64,000 nt of DNA. It comes from a bacterium (GTDB lineage Bacteria; Hinthialibacterota; Hinthialibacteria; Hinthialibacterales; Hinthialibacteraceae). The stretch is from assembly GCA_041946805.1 (NCBI GenBank), contig JBHGBC010000008.1:12004-76003 (forward strand), in the 5' to 3' direction. The notes beneath the pieces were generated by a model, which was not told the DNA's origin, searched no databases, and was given only the letters and a program-made list of their open reading frames with translations. The position numbers and the translations under genes were made by a program. This document shows positions 1 to 9,185 of this stretch, piece by piece. Each line of letters begins with the position of its first letter. The first letter of the stretch is position 1.

Positions 1-927
1 CTCCTCCTCCATGAGGGTCATGTAGATCTCCTCGAGGCTGGATTGACCCTTGCGAACTTCTTCGATCTCCACTCCCGCCTCGACCAGCATCCGGACCAGC
101 GGAGCGGTCCGCGCGGCTCCATGGAACTCCAACAGCAGGCGTCCGGAGTGCAGACCGGCCGCGCGGATCTCCGGGCGGCTTTTGAGGGCTTCGATCACCG
201 CGCCGGTGAAGCCCGCGCCGGCGATTTCCACCCGCGTGGCGCCGACCGAACCGCGTAATTCGTCCGGCGTGCCGCACACGAGCAGCTTGCCCTGGCGGAT
301 CACGCCCACGCGGTGGCACAGTTTTTCGGCCTCGGCCAGATTGTGCGTGGTCAGGAAAATCGTGGCGCCATCCTGGGTGGCGAGGGTTTGAATGTCGGCG
401 CGCAGGGCCGCCGCCGCCTCCGGATCGAGACCGGCGGTGGGCTCGTCGAGAAAAAGCAGGGAAGGCTGGTGAAAGATGGCGCGGGCCATCGCCAGTTTTT
501 GTTTCATCCCCCGGCTCCAGGTTCCGATACGGTCCTTCCGCCGATCCCAGAGGCCCAGGTGCGTCAACAATTCTTCCATCCGCGCCTTGCGCCGGGAGTA
601 GGAGAGGTGCCAAATCCGGCCCACCAGATCCAGGTTTTCCTCGGCCGTCAGCCGCTCGTACAAGCCGGGATGTTCCAGAAGCGCGCCAGTCAGGCGGCGG
701 ATTTCAGGGGCATGGGTGCGCGTGTTGTAACCCAGCACTTCGGCTTCACCCCAGCTGGGCTCCAAGAGGCCTAGCAAAAGACGGATGGTGGTGGTTTTCC
801 CCGCCCCGTTGGGACCCAGATACCCGAAAACGATGCCGGGAGGGATTTCGATTGTGAGATGGTCCAAGGCGCGGACACGGCTGAAATCGCAGGTCAGTCC
901 TTGGGTCAGAATCGCGGGTGCGGTCAT
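1..927 (-). CDS. ABC transporter ATP-binding protein (ABC-2/NatA-like); 3' end cut by window edge
   Basis: Not in the ORF track because it runs off the left edge. Reverse complement from ATG at 927 reads MTAPAILTQGLTCDF...GYLGPNGAGKTTTIRLL (Walker A), ...WSRGMKQKLAMAR (ABC signature) and ...LLFLDEPTAGLDP (Walker B). The frame stays open to base 1 (309 codons). Confidence 0.85.
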   Translation of the reverse strand, partial: MTAPAILTQGLTCDFSRVRALDHLTIEIPPGIVFGYLGPNGAGKTTTIRLLLGLLEPSWGEAEVLGYNTRTHAPEIRRLTGALLEHPGLYERLTAEENLDLVGRIWHLSYSRRKARMEELLTHLGLWDRRKDRIGTWSRGMKQKLAMARAIFHQPSLLFLDEPTAGLDPEAAAALRADIQTLATQDGATIFLTTHNLAEAEKLCHRVGVIRQGKLLVCGTPDELRGSVGATRVEIAGAGFTGAVIEALKSRPEIRAAGLHSGRLLLEFHGAARTAPLVRMLVEAGVEIEEVRKGQSSLEEIYMTLMEEE

Positions 928-1426
928 GAACCGAGTTCCTTGGGGGATCCGGGATGCCGTTCCGTCCTGCCCCCGGATCCAGGACGGGATGGTCCGGATG
1001 GACGTTTTGACGACGGCGGTTTTTTACTTCAATTTTTCGGAGTCAAATCGGTAACATTCGGCAAAACGGCCTTACAATCTTCCAATCCTCTGGTTATCAT
1101 ATAATCCGGTTTTTTCAACCACGCGCGTCTATCCGCTTCCCGCTTGTGGGAACCGGGTGGCGTTTTTTCATACCCGGGCGGTTGGAACGGTCCGCGCGTC
1201 AGCCCATACCCGTCCCGGGTGAAGTCAGGGGCATTGTACTGTTTACCGGCGGCGGATTTCAATCCCGGAATCCTCCCGGAGGAGCAAAAACCCGTTGGAT
1301 TATCCCTGGCCATGGGGAGGTGGAGGCGTTCAAAGGGATGCCGGGCTTTGATCCGAGGATGCCGGATCGTTCTTACCTAGTAGATATTCATGTATTGGTA
1401 ATTCGTTTTGTAATTTGTTATATGGG

Positions 1427-3415
1427 ATGTTCCAGAGAAAAGGAGAGCCAGAGAAAGAAATGGTTATCGATGCCTATCGACTGGATCCGCATGGAAATCA
1501 ATCTTCCCTCGCGTCTCCTCTGACCGACCGAGTCGACCAAGCCATCCAGGATTCCCACCGTTATTTCCTCTCCATCCAACATTCCGCCGGGTATTGGGTC
1601 TTCCCCCTCGAAAACGACGCGACCATTGTGGCGGATTATATCATGATGTGCCATTACATCGGCCGCGTCGATCCCGTCCGCCAGCAAAAGGCGGTCCGCT
1701 GGCTGTTGGACATGCAATTGGAGGATGGGGGGTGGAACATCTACCACGGCGGCCCCAGCGAACTGAACGCCACGGTGAAATGCGCCTTCGCCCTGCAATG
1801 CGCGGGGTATGACAACCGCTTCGAGCCGCTGCGGCGGGCGGAAGAGTGCCTGCTGCGCCTGGGCGGCCTGGACCGGGTGAACAGCTACACCCGTTTTTAC
1901 CTGGGGCTGTTCGGCCAGTACCCGTGGAACAAGCTGGTCTCGATGCCGCCGGAACTGATGTTCCTGCCCACATCGTTTTACTTCAATATTTATGAAATCT
2001 CGTCCTGGTCGCGGGCCATCGTGGTCCCCATGTGCATCATCTGGTCGCACAAACCCATCAAGACGCCCCCGCCCACGGTGGATTGCAGCGGCTGGTGGGT
2101 GCGGAACCAGGCGCGCCGGAACCGGCGCTACCTGCGGCGGACGTTTTCGTGGCAGACCTTCTTCATGACCATGGACGCCATCCTGAAACGGTCGGACCGG
2201 TTTTTCGCGCCCTTCACCCGGCGGGAAGCCTTGCGCCGGGCGGAATCGTGGATGGTGGAGCACATGTCGCGGGGGGGCGGACTGGCGGCCATATATCCGG
2301 CCATGTTGAATTCCATCATCGCTCTCGATTGCCTCGGGTACACCTTCGAACACCCCGTCTTTCAAGAAGCCTACAACGAGTACATGAAGCTTATGATGGA
2401 GGAAGAGGACCGGTTGTGGTTTCAGCCCTGTTTTTCTCCCACCTGGGATTCGGCGATGGTCATGGCCGCGCTGCAGCGGTCGGGCATGCCGGGCAGCCAT
2501 CCCGCCATCCAACGCTCGGCCGAGTGGCTGGTCAACCAGGAAATCCAGATCCGGGGCGACTGGCAAGTAAAAAATCCTTACGGTCCGGCCGGCGGCTGGG
2601 CGTTTGAATACAACAACGATTTCTACGCGGACACCGACGACACCGCCATGGTGCTCATGGCGCTGCGGACCGCCCGCATGCCCCTGGACGCTCAGCGCGA
2701 GGCGGCCGTCCAGCGGGGAATCGAGTGGCTCCTCTCCATGCAAAGTTCGGACGGCGGCTGGGGGGCGTTCGACGTGGACAACAACAAGGAAGTCCTCAAC
2801 CTGATCCCCTTCGCGGACCACAACGCCCTGCTGGATCCCAGCACGGCGGATGTCACCGCCCGCATCCTCGAGATGCTGGGCGAATTCGGATACAACTCGC
2901 ATTTCTCCCCCGCGACGCGGGCCATCCTGTTTTTGCGGAACCAGCAGGAAAAGGATGGTTCGTGGTACGGGCGCTGGGGCGTCAATTACATTTACGGGAC
3001 CTGGCAGGTGATCACCGGCTTGCGCAAGATCGGGATACCTCACACCGATCCCGCCATCCAACGCGGCGTGGATTGGCTGCTGCGCTACCAGCACGAGGAC
3101 GGCGGCTGGGGTGAAAACTGCTCCACCTACCACGACCCCGGCCAGCGGGGGAAAGGCAATTCGACTCCCTCGCAGACCGCCTGGGCGCTCATGGGGCTGA
3201 TGCATGGCGGCCGAGTGAATGATCCCGCGGTGGAACGGGGATTGCGGTATCTGCTCGATACGCAGAGGCCCGATGGCGCTTGGAACGAGGAAGAGTTCAC
3301 CGGCACAGGCTTCCCGCGGGTTTATTATTTACGCTATACTGGGTATCGTAATTATTTTCCCTTGATGGCTTTTGGCCTTTACCGCTCTTTTCTCCGGGGA
3401 TTGCCGGACCGGTAG
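1427..3415 (+). CDS. shc: squalene-hopene cyclase
   Basis: ORF 1415..3415. Repeated QW-type motifs (DGGWNIY, DGGWGAF, DGSWYGRWG, DGGWGE, DGAW) and an Asp-rich DTDDTA stretch typical of class II terpene cyclases. 1415 is a TTG; the first ATG is at 1427, so the start is uncertain. Confidence 0.93.
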   Translation: MFQRKGEPEKEMVIDAYRLDPHGNQSSLASPLTDRVDQAIQDSHRYFLSIQHSAGYWVFPLENDATIVADYIMMCHYIGRVDPVRQQKAVRWLLDMQLEDGGWNIYHGGPSELNATVKCAFALQCAGYDNRFEPLRRAEECLLRLGGLDRVNSYTRFYLGLFGQYPWNKLVSMPPELMFLPTSFYFNIYEISSWSRAIVVPMCIIWSHKPIKTPPPTVDCSGWWVRNQARRNRRYLRRTFSWQTFFMTMDAILKRSDRFFAPFTRREALRRAESWMVEHMSRGGGLAAIYPAMLNSIIALDCLGYTFEHPVFQEAYNEYMKLMMEEEDRLWFQPCFSPTWDSAMVMAALQRSGMPGSHPAIQRSAEWLVNQEIQIRGDWQVKNPYGPAGGWAFEYNNDFYADTDDTAMVLMALRTARMPLDAQREAAVQRGIEWLLSMQSSDGGWGAFDVDNNKEVLNLIPFADHNALLDPSTADVTARILEMLGEFGYNSHFSPATRAILFLRNQQEKDGSWYGRWGVNYIYGTWQVITGLRKIGIPHTDPAIQRGVDWLLRYQHEDGGWGENCSTYHDPGQRGKGNSTPSQTAWALMGLMHGGRVNDPAVERGLRYLLDTQRPDGAWNEEEFTGTGFPRVYYLRYTGYRNYFPLMAFGLYRSFLRGLPDR

Positions 3416-3617
3416 GCGAAATCCGGGAGAGCGGCTGTCGAGGAGAGGGACCGGCCCCGGCCGGTCCAAGGATTCATCCTATCAGAACATAGATCGTATC
3501 CGTAATTACCAATCATGGGTCGGGATTGAGACTGGGATGGAAACCATGACGGCGTCCCATGGGAATGGCTGAAAATCGCATGGTCAAGGGCCGTATTGTA
3601 CTCCTGGAGGTAAGAGT

Positions 3618-4628
3618 GTGAGATTCCCGGTCGCATTGTATAGCACCACCTTGAAGTATCTGATCAAACAATACCTGGCTGGCCATAAACGCTTTCCCCT
3701 GGTCTTGATGCTCGAACCGACGCTGCGCTGCAATCTCGATTGCATCGGCTGCGGGCGGATCGCCGAGTATCACGGTCATCCCGTGCCCGACCTGACCGTG
3801 GAGGAATGCCTGGCCGCGGTGGACGAATGCGGCGCCCCCATCGTTTCCGTCTGCGGCGGCGAGCCCCTGGTTTACAAACCCATCGACATCCTGATCCGCG
3901 AACTCATCGCCCGCAAAAAGTACGTCTATCTCTGCACCAACGCCATGTTCCTGGACCGCTACTGGGACCGCATCCCGCCCCACAAACGGTTCGCTCTCAA
4001 TATCCATCTGGACGGCATGGAAAAAGGCCACGACTGGGCCGTGGACCGGCCGGGCACCTTCAAGCTGGTCAGCCGGATCCTCGACGAGGCCAAGGCCCGC
4101 GGCTACCGCGTCAACACCAACACCACCGTTTTCCATGGCTCCAATCCCGAGGAAATCAAGGAGATGCTCGAATACCTGCATCACAAGGGCGTGGACGGCA
4201 TTCTCCTCTCCGGCGCGTATCCCCAAAACGGGGAAAAAGGCAAGGCCAGCCTGGAGCGGCAGGAACTGGAAGACCTGTTCAAGCAAATCCTCGGGACCAA
4301 CGGCGAGGCCGGCAAGTACAAACTGACCAACTCGCCCCTCTACATCGATTTCCTCCGCGGCTTGCGCGAAATCCCCTGTTCGCCCTGGGCCAGCCCCAAC
4401 CGCACCGTGAAGGGCTGGAAGGGACCCTGTTACGTCCTGACCGACGGCTATTACAAAACCTTCCAGGAACTGATGGAATCCACCGATTGGGATTCGCTCG
4501 GCCCCGGGCGCGACCCCCGCTGCGCGAATTGCAAAATCCATTCCGGATTCGAGCCGACCATCGCCTTCGGCCGCAACTGCAATTGGAGAGACCATCTCCA
4601 GATGATCAAGTGGAACCTGTCGAAGTAA
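3618..4628 (+). CDS. hpnH: hopanoid-associated radical SAM protein HpnH (adenosylhopane synthase)
   Basis: N-terminus KRFPLVLMLEPTLRCNLDCIGCGRI (CxxxCxxC radical SAM cluster). It continues ...VDECGAPIVSVCGGEPL...YVYLCTNA...PCYVLTDGYYKTFQELM, which matches my recollection of HpnH end to end. Sits directly downstream of shc. GTG start. Confidence 0.9.
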   Translation: MRFPVALYSTTLKYLIKQYLAGHKRFPLVLMLEPTLRCNLDCIGCGRIAEYHGHPVPDLTVEECLAAVDECGAPIVSVCGGEPLVYKPIDILIRELIARKKYVYLCTNAMFLDRYWDRIPPHKRFALNIHLDGMEKGHDWAVDRPGTFKLVSRILDEAKARGYRVNTNTTVFHGSNPEEIKEMLEYLHHKGVDGILLSGAYPQNGEKGKASLERQELEDLFKQILGTNGEAGKYKLTNSPLYIDFLRGLREIPCSPWASPNRTVKGWKGPCYVLTDGYYKTFQELMESTDWDSLGPGRDPRCANCKIHSGFEPTIAFGRNCNWRDHLQMIKWNLSK

Positions 4629-5068
4629 ATCGGGCGGGGCGGCTCCGGCAGCCGTCTGGCGTTTCATCCTTTGGCCATCCGCTCTTTTTGCTGGATTCCG
4701 CAGTCAACGATCTCGCTGTCCAGGTTTTCCACGTTTCATGCCCTTCGGCTTTCCGGATTCTTCCTTCGAGGTTCGGGACAGTGGGTGGGCCATGTCATTG
4801 TATGTTACGGACGGTAATCCGGGCGGACCGCCGACCGCCCTAATAAATCGTACCCAGCCATTATTCGGTTCGGCTGACTGGCCGCCCCCAACCGCTTTTT
4901 CCCGCAGTCAAAAGTCCCGCGCGTTTTTCGATCCGGGGGATATCCCGCGCTCCCCATTTATCATACAATATTGAGAATCGTATCACCGGCCGGATTCCGG
5001 GATCCCTGGCGCGCTCATGGGGAAGAATCCGCGGGCCGGGGCGAATCTCGCGGAACGAGGTGCGGGTC

Positions 5069-5716
5069 ATGCATCTGCCCGATGGATTGTTGAGCACGCC
5101 GGTATGGCTGGCCTGCGACGTGTTGGCGGGGGGGGCTTTGTATGCCGCCACCCGGAAAAGCCAGCAGCGTTTCGAGGAGAAGACTGTTCCGCTGACCGGC
5201 ATCATGTGCGCGTTCGTGTTCGCGGCGCAGATGATCAATTTCCCGGTGGCGGGAGGGACATCGGGGCATTTGCTGGGGGGCGTGCTGACAGCGGTGTTTC
5301 TGGGACCGTGGCTGGGCTGCCTGGTGATCTCGCTGGTGTTGATCGTGCAATGTTTTCTGTTTCAGGACGGGGGAGTGGCGGTGCTGGGGGCCAATGTTCT
5401 CAACATGGCGGTGACCGGCACGGGGGTGGGGTACTTGCTGTTCGCGCTGGGCAAGAACATCTGGCCCACGCGGCAAGGCTATCTGGCGTCCGTGGCCCTG
5501 GGTTCCTGGGTCTCGGTGATGGCCAGCGCCGCGGCCTGCGCGCTGGAAATCGGCTGGTCGGGGACCTATCCCATGTGGCTGACTCTCAAGGCCATGCTGT
5601 CGGTGCATGCCGTGATCGGCATCGGGGAAGCGGTCATCACCACTTTCGTTGTGACCACCGTTTTGGTGCTGCGGTCCGATCTCGTCATGACGTATACCGC
5701 GGAGTTGAAATCATGA
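5069..5716 (+). CDS. cbiM: ECF transporter substrate-capture component, CbiM/NikM family (Co2+ or Ni2+)
   Basis: ORF 5060..5716 begins with GTG. The in-frame ATG at 5069 gives MHLPDGLLS, and the Met-His N-terminus is the metal ligand in this family. GAGGTG lies 6 nt upstream. Multi-pass membrane protein. Confidence 0.88.
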   Translation: MHLPDGLLSTPVWLACDVLAGGALYAATRKSQQRFEEKTVPLTGIMCAFVFAAQMINFPVAGGTSGHLLGGVLTAVFLGPWLGCLVISLVLIVQCFLFQDGGVAVLGANVLNMAVTGTGVGYLLFALGKNIWPTRQGYLASVALGSWVSVMASAAACALEIGWSGTYPMWLTLKAMLSVHAVIGIGEAVITTFVVTTVLVLRSDLVMTYTAELKS

Positions 5717-6036
5717 AAACGCCGGAAATCTGGATCGGTTTAGGATTGGCGCTCTTCGTGGGGACCGTGTTGTCGCCGTTCGCCTCGTCCTGGCCGGATG
5801 GATTGGAAAAGGTGGCGGAGCACTATGGATTCATCTCCAAGGCGGCGGAGAAACCGTTGACGCCGGAAGTGATTCCCGATTACGCAATGCCCGGGATTGA
5901 ATCGGAGAGCCTGGCGACTGCCGTGGCCGGATTTTTGGGAACGCTGCTGTTGTATTTCGGCGGGTACGCCCTGGCGCGGGGACTGAGGCGCGCGCCCGGC
6001 GTGACGGAGCCGGAGAAGCCCACTCATGAAGCATGA
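5713..6036 (+). CDS. PDGLE-domain small membrane protein (CbiN/NikN position of the ECF module)
   Basis: Internal ATG at 5713 in the frame of ORF 5017..6036 overlaps the cbiM stop (ATGA). Product MKTPEIWIGLGLALFVGTVLSPFASSWPDGLEKVAEHYGF... contains the literal PDGLE motif and a second C-terminal TM segment. Confidence 0.75.
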   Translation: MKTPEIWIGLGLALFVGTVLSPFASSWPDGLEKVAEHYGFISKAAEKPLTPEVIPDYAMPGIESESLATAVAGFLGTLLLYFGGYALARGLRRAPGVTEPEKPTHEA

Positions 6037-6802
6037 GTTCCTCGACCACCACAGCCTGGGCCATAGTTTCTTCCACCATTTGCATCCCGGCGCCAAGCTG
6101 GTGATGGTGTTGGTTTTCATCCTGTCGGTGGTGACCATCGATCCCGGGCGGGAGGCGGGCTTTATCCCCTACGCGTTGTTGCTGCTGGCAGGATTGATTT
6201 CCACGCGGGTCCCGCTCCGGCATTCGCTGTTCAAAGGCTTGAAGGTGGTTCCCTTCCTGCTGATTATCATTGTGTTCATCCCGTTTTTGAAACCGGGTGA
6301 AACCCTGTGGCAAGGGACGATCGGCTTCCTGCCCATACGGATCACGCGGGAAGGGCTGCAGTTGTTTCTGAATATCCTCATCAAGGGAAGCATCGCCATT
6401 TACAGCATGGTGTTTCTCAATCTGACCACGCCGTTCCACCGCCTTCTCAAGGGCCTGCAATCCTTTGGCGCGCCGCGGATCATCACGGACACGCTGGCGG
6501 TGGCCTACCGGTATCTTTTCGTGATCACAGACGAAAAGGAACGGATGCTCCTGGCGCGCCGGTCCCGCCTGGCCGCCCCCTCGCTGCCGCTGCAATGGAA
6601 AAGCCTTTCGCAGCTGGCGGGGGCGCTTTTTCTGCGTTCGTATGAAAGGGGGGAGCGGATGTACCAGGCCATGTGCGCCCGCGGATTCCATGGGACCATA
6701 GTGGATATGAACGAACAGGCGCTGGCCGCGCGGGACATCCTGACCGCGGCGCTGGTGTCGCTCCTGGCGGTGGCGCTTCGCGTTGGGATGGTTTTTCAAT
6801 AA
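6026..6802 (+). CDS. cbiQ: ECF transporter transmembrane (T) component, CbiQ/EcfT family
   Basis: 258-aa polytopic membrane protein between the M/N and ATPase genes. Its start overlaps the upstream stop by 11 nt. An ...ARRSR... motif region is typical of EcfT. Confidence 0.82.
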   Translation: MKHEFLDHHSLGHSFFHHLHPGAKLVMVLVFILSVVTIDPGREAGFIPYALLLLAGLISTRVPLRHSLFKGLKVVPFLLIIIVFIPFLKPGETLWQGTIGFLPIRITREGLQLFLNILIKGSIAIYSMVFLNLTTPFHRLLKGLQSFGAPRIITDTLAVAYRYLFVITDEKERMLLARRSRLAAPSLPLQWKSLSQLAGALFLRSYERGERMYQAMCARGFHGTIVDMNEQALAARDILTAALVSLLAVALRVGMVFQ

Positions 6803-6803
6803 G

Positions 6804-7583
6804 ATGAAGCCCCCGGCGGCCGGGGAATTTATGTATGATGGTGCATGCATGGGCGCTCCCGCGATTCGAGTCAAGGATCTGCAATTCACGTTTCCCGATG
6901 GAACCACCGCCCTGCAGGGTGTCTCCTTTACCGTGGAAGCCGGCGAGAGAGTGGCGGTGACCGGGCCCAACGGGGCGGGAAAATCGACCCTGTTGACCCT
7001 GCTCAACGGCCTTCTGGGGGCGGACGGGGCCGTGGAAATCTTCGGCGTTCCGGTGATCCCCGCGAATCTGCCCGGAATCCGCCGCAAGGTGGGATTGGTC
7101 TTTCAGGATCCGGACGATCAGCTGTTTTGCCCGACCATCTTCGACGACATCGCCTTCGGGCCCCTGAACATGGGCCTCAAACCGGCGGAGGTGCGCGGCC
7201 GGGTATCACGGGCGTTGGAGCAAGTGGGATTGCCCGGTTTTGAAAAGCGCTCGGCGTTTCATCTCAGCGGCGGCGAGAAGAAACGTGTTTCGCTGGCCAC
7301 CGTGCTTTCGATGGACGTGGACATCCTGGCCATGGACGAACCCAGCAGCAATCTCGATCCCCGGTCCCGCCGGTCGCTGCTTCAATGGTTGCGGGATTGT
7401 GATAAGACCCAGATCATCGCGACGCACGATCTCGATTTGGCCTACGAACTCACCGGAAGGACCTTGATTCTGCATGGGGGGAAGATCGTGGCCGACGGGC
7501 CGACCAGAAACATCCTGACCGACCAGGCGCTGCTCGAACGGCACGATTTGGAACTGCCGTTTCAATTACAGAAATCATGGTAG
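6804..7583 (+). CDS. cbiO: ECF transporter ATPase, CbiO/EcfA family
   Basis: GPNGAGKSTLL (Walker A), LSGGEKKRVSLA (signature) and ILAMDEPSSNLD (Walker B). ORF track start 6783 is a TTG inside cbiQ; ATG 6804 lies 2 nt after the cbiQ stop. Alternative ATGs at 6831 and 6849. Confidence 0.9.
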   Translation: MKPPAAGEFMYDGACMGAPAIRVKDLQFTFPDGTTALQGVSFTVEAGERVAVTGPNGAGKSTLLTLLNGLLGADGAVEIFGVPVIPANLPGIRRKVGLVFQDPDDQLFCPTIFDDIAFGPLNMGLKPAEVRGRVSRALEQVGLPGFEKRSAFHLSGGEKKRVSLATVLSMDVDILAMDEPSSNLDPRSRRSLLQWLRDCDKTQIIATHDLDLAYELTGRTLILHGGKIVADGPTRNILTDQALLERHDLELPFQLQKSW

Positions 7584-7612
7584 CGCGGGCGGGACGCCTT
7601 CTCTCCATATTC

Positions 7613-7646
7613 CTGGATCCCCTCTTTCACGGGGATGACATCCTGG
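7613..7646. repeat. hairpin repeat module D (GGATCCCC..GGGGATGACATCC)
   Basis: ctggatcccctctttcacggggatgacatcctgg. The same unit recurs at 52696-52724, and half-units recur at 15628-15659. Confidence 0.75.
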
Positions 7647-7892
7647 AACGACTTCGGGATAAAGATCAGCCCACAAGGGGAGAGGGGAATGGTCTGAATC
7701 AGGATGGTCAGGATGCGCAAGATGACCAGGATGGGGTGGGGAGGCAGATTGAACCATGGATGACGCGGTTGGAAACACGGAGGGTGTGGAGAATGGATTA
7801 GGGGACAAAGAGTCCGCGCCAAGGGTTGCTGATTCCCGTGGGCCCCTGCGATCGAAACGCGATATCCTTCTTCCCATTGAGGGGTTTATGCG

Positions 7893-8891
7893 TTACTCCT
7901 TCCTCCCCAGCGCGATGCCGGAGTTGACCGCCACGTCCTGCACGCCCTCCCATGTCAGCCCGGCGGCTTCCATCCATGACCGGATCTCCTCGCGGGTGTA
8001 GCAGTTCCCCCCTTCTGTGTTGACCAGCATGTTCACCGCGAACACCGCCGCCCAGGGCGGGGAGGTCCGGTCCGGATCCAGCAGGAAGTCCTTGACGCAA
8101 AGCCGGCCGCCCGGCGCGAGCGCCCGCGCGCATTTGGATACCAGCCGCCGGTTTACTTCGCCCGAATAACTGTGCACGAGGTTGGAGAGCAGGATGAAAT
8201 CGTATTCCCCGCCCAGGTCATCTTCCAACGCGTCGGCGGGATGAAACGCAATCCGGTCCAGCAAGCCTGCTTGTTCGACATGGGTGCGCGCCACCTCCAG
8301 GGTTCTGGCGTTGTCGAGGATGGTAATCCGCAGATCCGGATTGCGCCGGCCGAATTCGATGGCGTAGAGTCCCGGCCCGCCGCCGACATCCAGCATGGTC
8401 CGCGCACCAGGCAAGGGGATTATCTCCGCGGTTTGCGCCGCGCTGGTCCGCGCCACGTCGGCCATGGCCCGCGCGAAATCGGCGTCATCCTCGATCCATC
8501 CGGAGTTGGACGTCCCTTCCGGGGCGGGGCGGCCGGTCTTCACGGTGTCGTACAAATGCCCCCAGCGCTCGTAGAGATGGGCCCCGTGTTTCAAAATCGC
8601 GATCTTGGATTTGGGGCTGTCCGGAAGCAGGTATTCCAGAGCCAGATCGCTGTTGTGGTAGAATCCGTCCACCTTGCGCAGCAGACCCAGCGAGGCCAGC
8701 GCGTCGCATAAAATGGTCAGCCCCCGCCGGTCCGCGCCGAGCCGTTCGGCCAGTTCCCTGATGGTTAGGCGTCCGCGGCCGATGGCGGGAAAGACGCCCA
8801 GGCGGTTGGCGGACATCAGGATTTGGGCGGAGGCGTATCCCCGCGACATTTCGTCGAGGGGATCTGAAAAAGGATTGGGGGATTGGCGCAT
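7893..8891 (-). CDS. class I SAM-dependent O-methyltransferase (Methyltransf_2 with N-terminal dimerisation/wHTH domain)
   Basis: SAM motif MLDVGGGPGLYAIEF. Overall layout resembles the hydroxyneurosporene/ASMT-type O-MTs. ATG at 8891 is preceded by GGGAGGG; the ORF track start 8921 is a GTG. Confidence 0.82.
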   Translation of the reverse strand: MRQSPNPFSDPLDEMSRGYASAQILMSANRLGVFPAIGRGRLTIRELAERLGADRRGLTILCDALASLGLLRKVDGFYHNSDLALEYLLPDSPKSKIAILKHGAHLYERWGHLYDTVKTGRPAPEGTSNSGWIEDDADFARAMADVARTSAAQTAEIIPLPGARTMLDVGGGPGLYAIEFGRRNPDLRITILDNARTLEVARTHVEQAGLLDRIAFHPADALEDDLGGEYDFILLSNLVHSYSGEVNRRLVSKCARALAPGGRLCVKDFLLDPDRTSPPWAAVFAVNMLVNTEGGNCYTREEIRSWMEAAGLTWEGVQDVAVNSGIALGRKE

Positions 8892-9019
8892 GAATTTCCC
8901 TCCCGGTTGAGTTTCGTTCACTCTATCTCATTGTATTCAAAGCAGTCAGTTAAGCCAAAGAGCCATCGCTCCCGGCCGCCTGGAGGGAGTACTCGAGAGT
9001 GAGCTGCGCCGAAGCAAGG

Positions 9020-9092
9020 CTTTCCTCACCTTGATTTTCTCCCTCCGGCCGAGGATCAGGGTGAAGGAAGTCCTGCCAGGGCGAAACAGGTC
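9020..9092. repeat. degenerate copy of the core mosaic repeat
   Basis: tttcctcaccttgattttctccctccggccgaggatcagggtgaaggaagtcctgccagggcgaaacaggtc. Compare 35405-35460 (gggtgagggaagcccggaaagggcgaaatg). Confidence 0.6.
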
Positions 9093-9185
9093 AGCCCGGA
9101 GCGGCGCCCTTGGAGCGTTTTGCCGGGGCTCACCTTGTCTCCGCCCAAATGATTGGATTAAGGAAGAAGGCAATCGGGGATTGTT

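Noticed and set aside
930-1414. Possible structured RNA or riboswitch in the 485-nt spacer upstream of shc
   Set aside because: It contains a local hairpin (ccgtcctg..caggacgg at about 963-988) but nothing matching any riboswitch or ncRNA core I can recognise. It needs a covariance-model scan.
1418-3205. 595-aa ORF antisense to shc. Similar long antisense or out-of-frame ORFs: 3513..4667, 15666..16823, 21409..23229, 31198..32184, 32860..33846, 37617..39059, 41069..42049, 46152..47366, 50054..51517, 56516..57976 and 57832..58989.
   Set aside because: Each lies opposite to, or out of frame with, a gene carrying strong family motifs. Their translations are Arg/Gly/Pro/Ala-rich low-complexity strings, typical of stop-codon-poor frames in high-GC DNA. 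None contains a recognisable motif.
4961-4985. NikR-type operator (TCATAC-N13-GTATCA) in the transporter leader
   Set aside because: The arms are not true reverse complements (GTATCA versus the expected GTATGA). The spacing and orientation differ from the E. coli GTATGA-N16-TCATAC site, and no nikR gene is in view. Kept only as a remark.
4629-5068. Cobalamin riboswitch upstream of the CbiM-type transporter
   Set aside because: I looked for the B12 box (..AGYCMGG.GACCKGCC..) and the GGGAA...GGTG..AA.TCC core. Only partial resemblances turned up (ATCACCGGCC at about 4982; GGGGAAGAATCC at about 5019), and they are in the wrong order. I cannot call it without a covariance-model scan.
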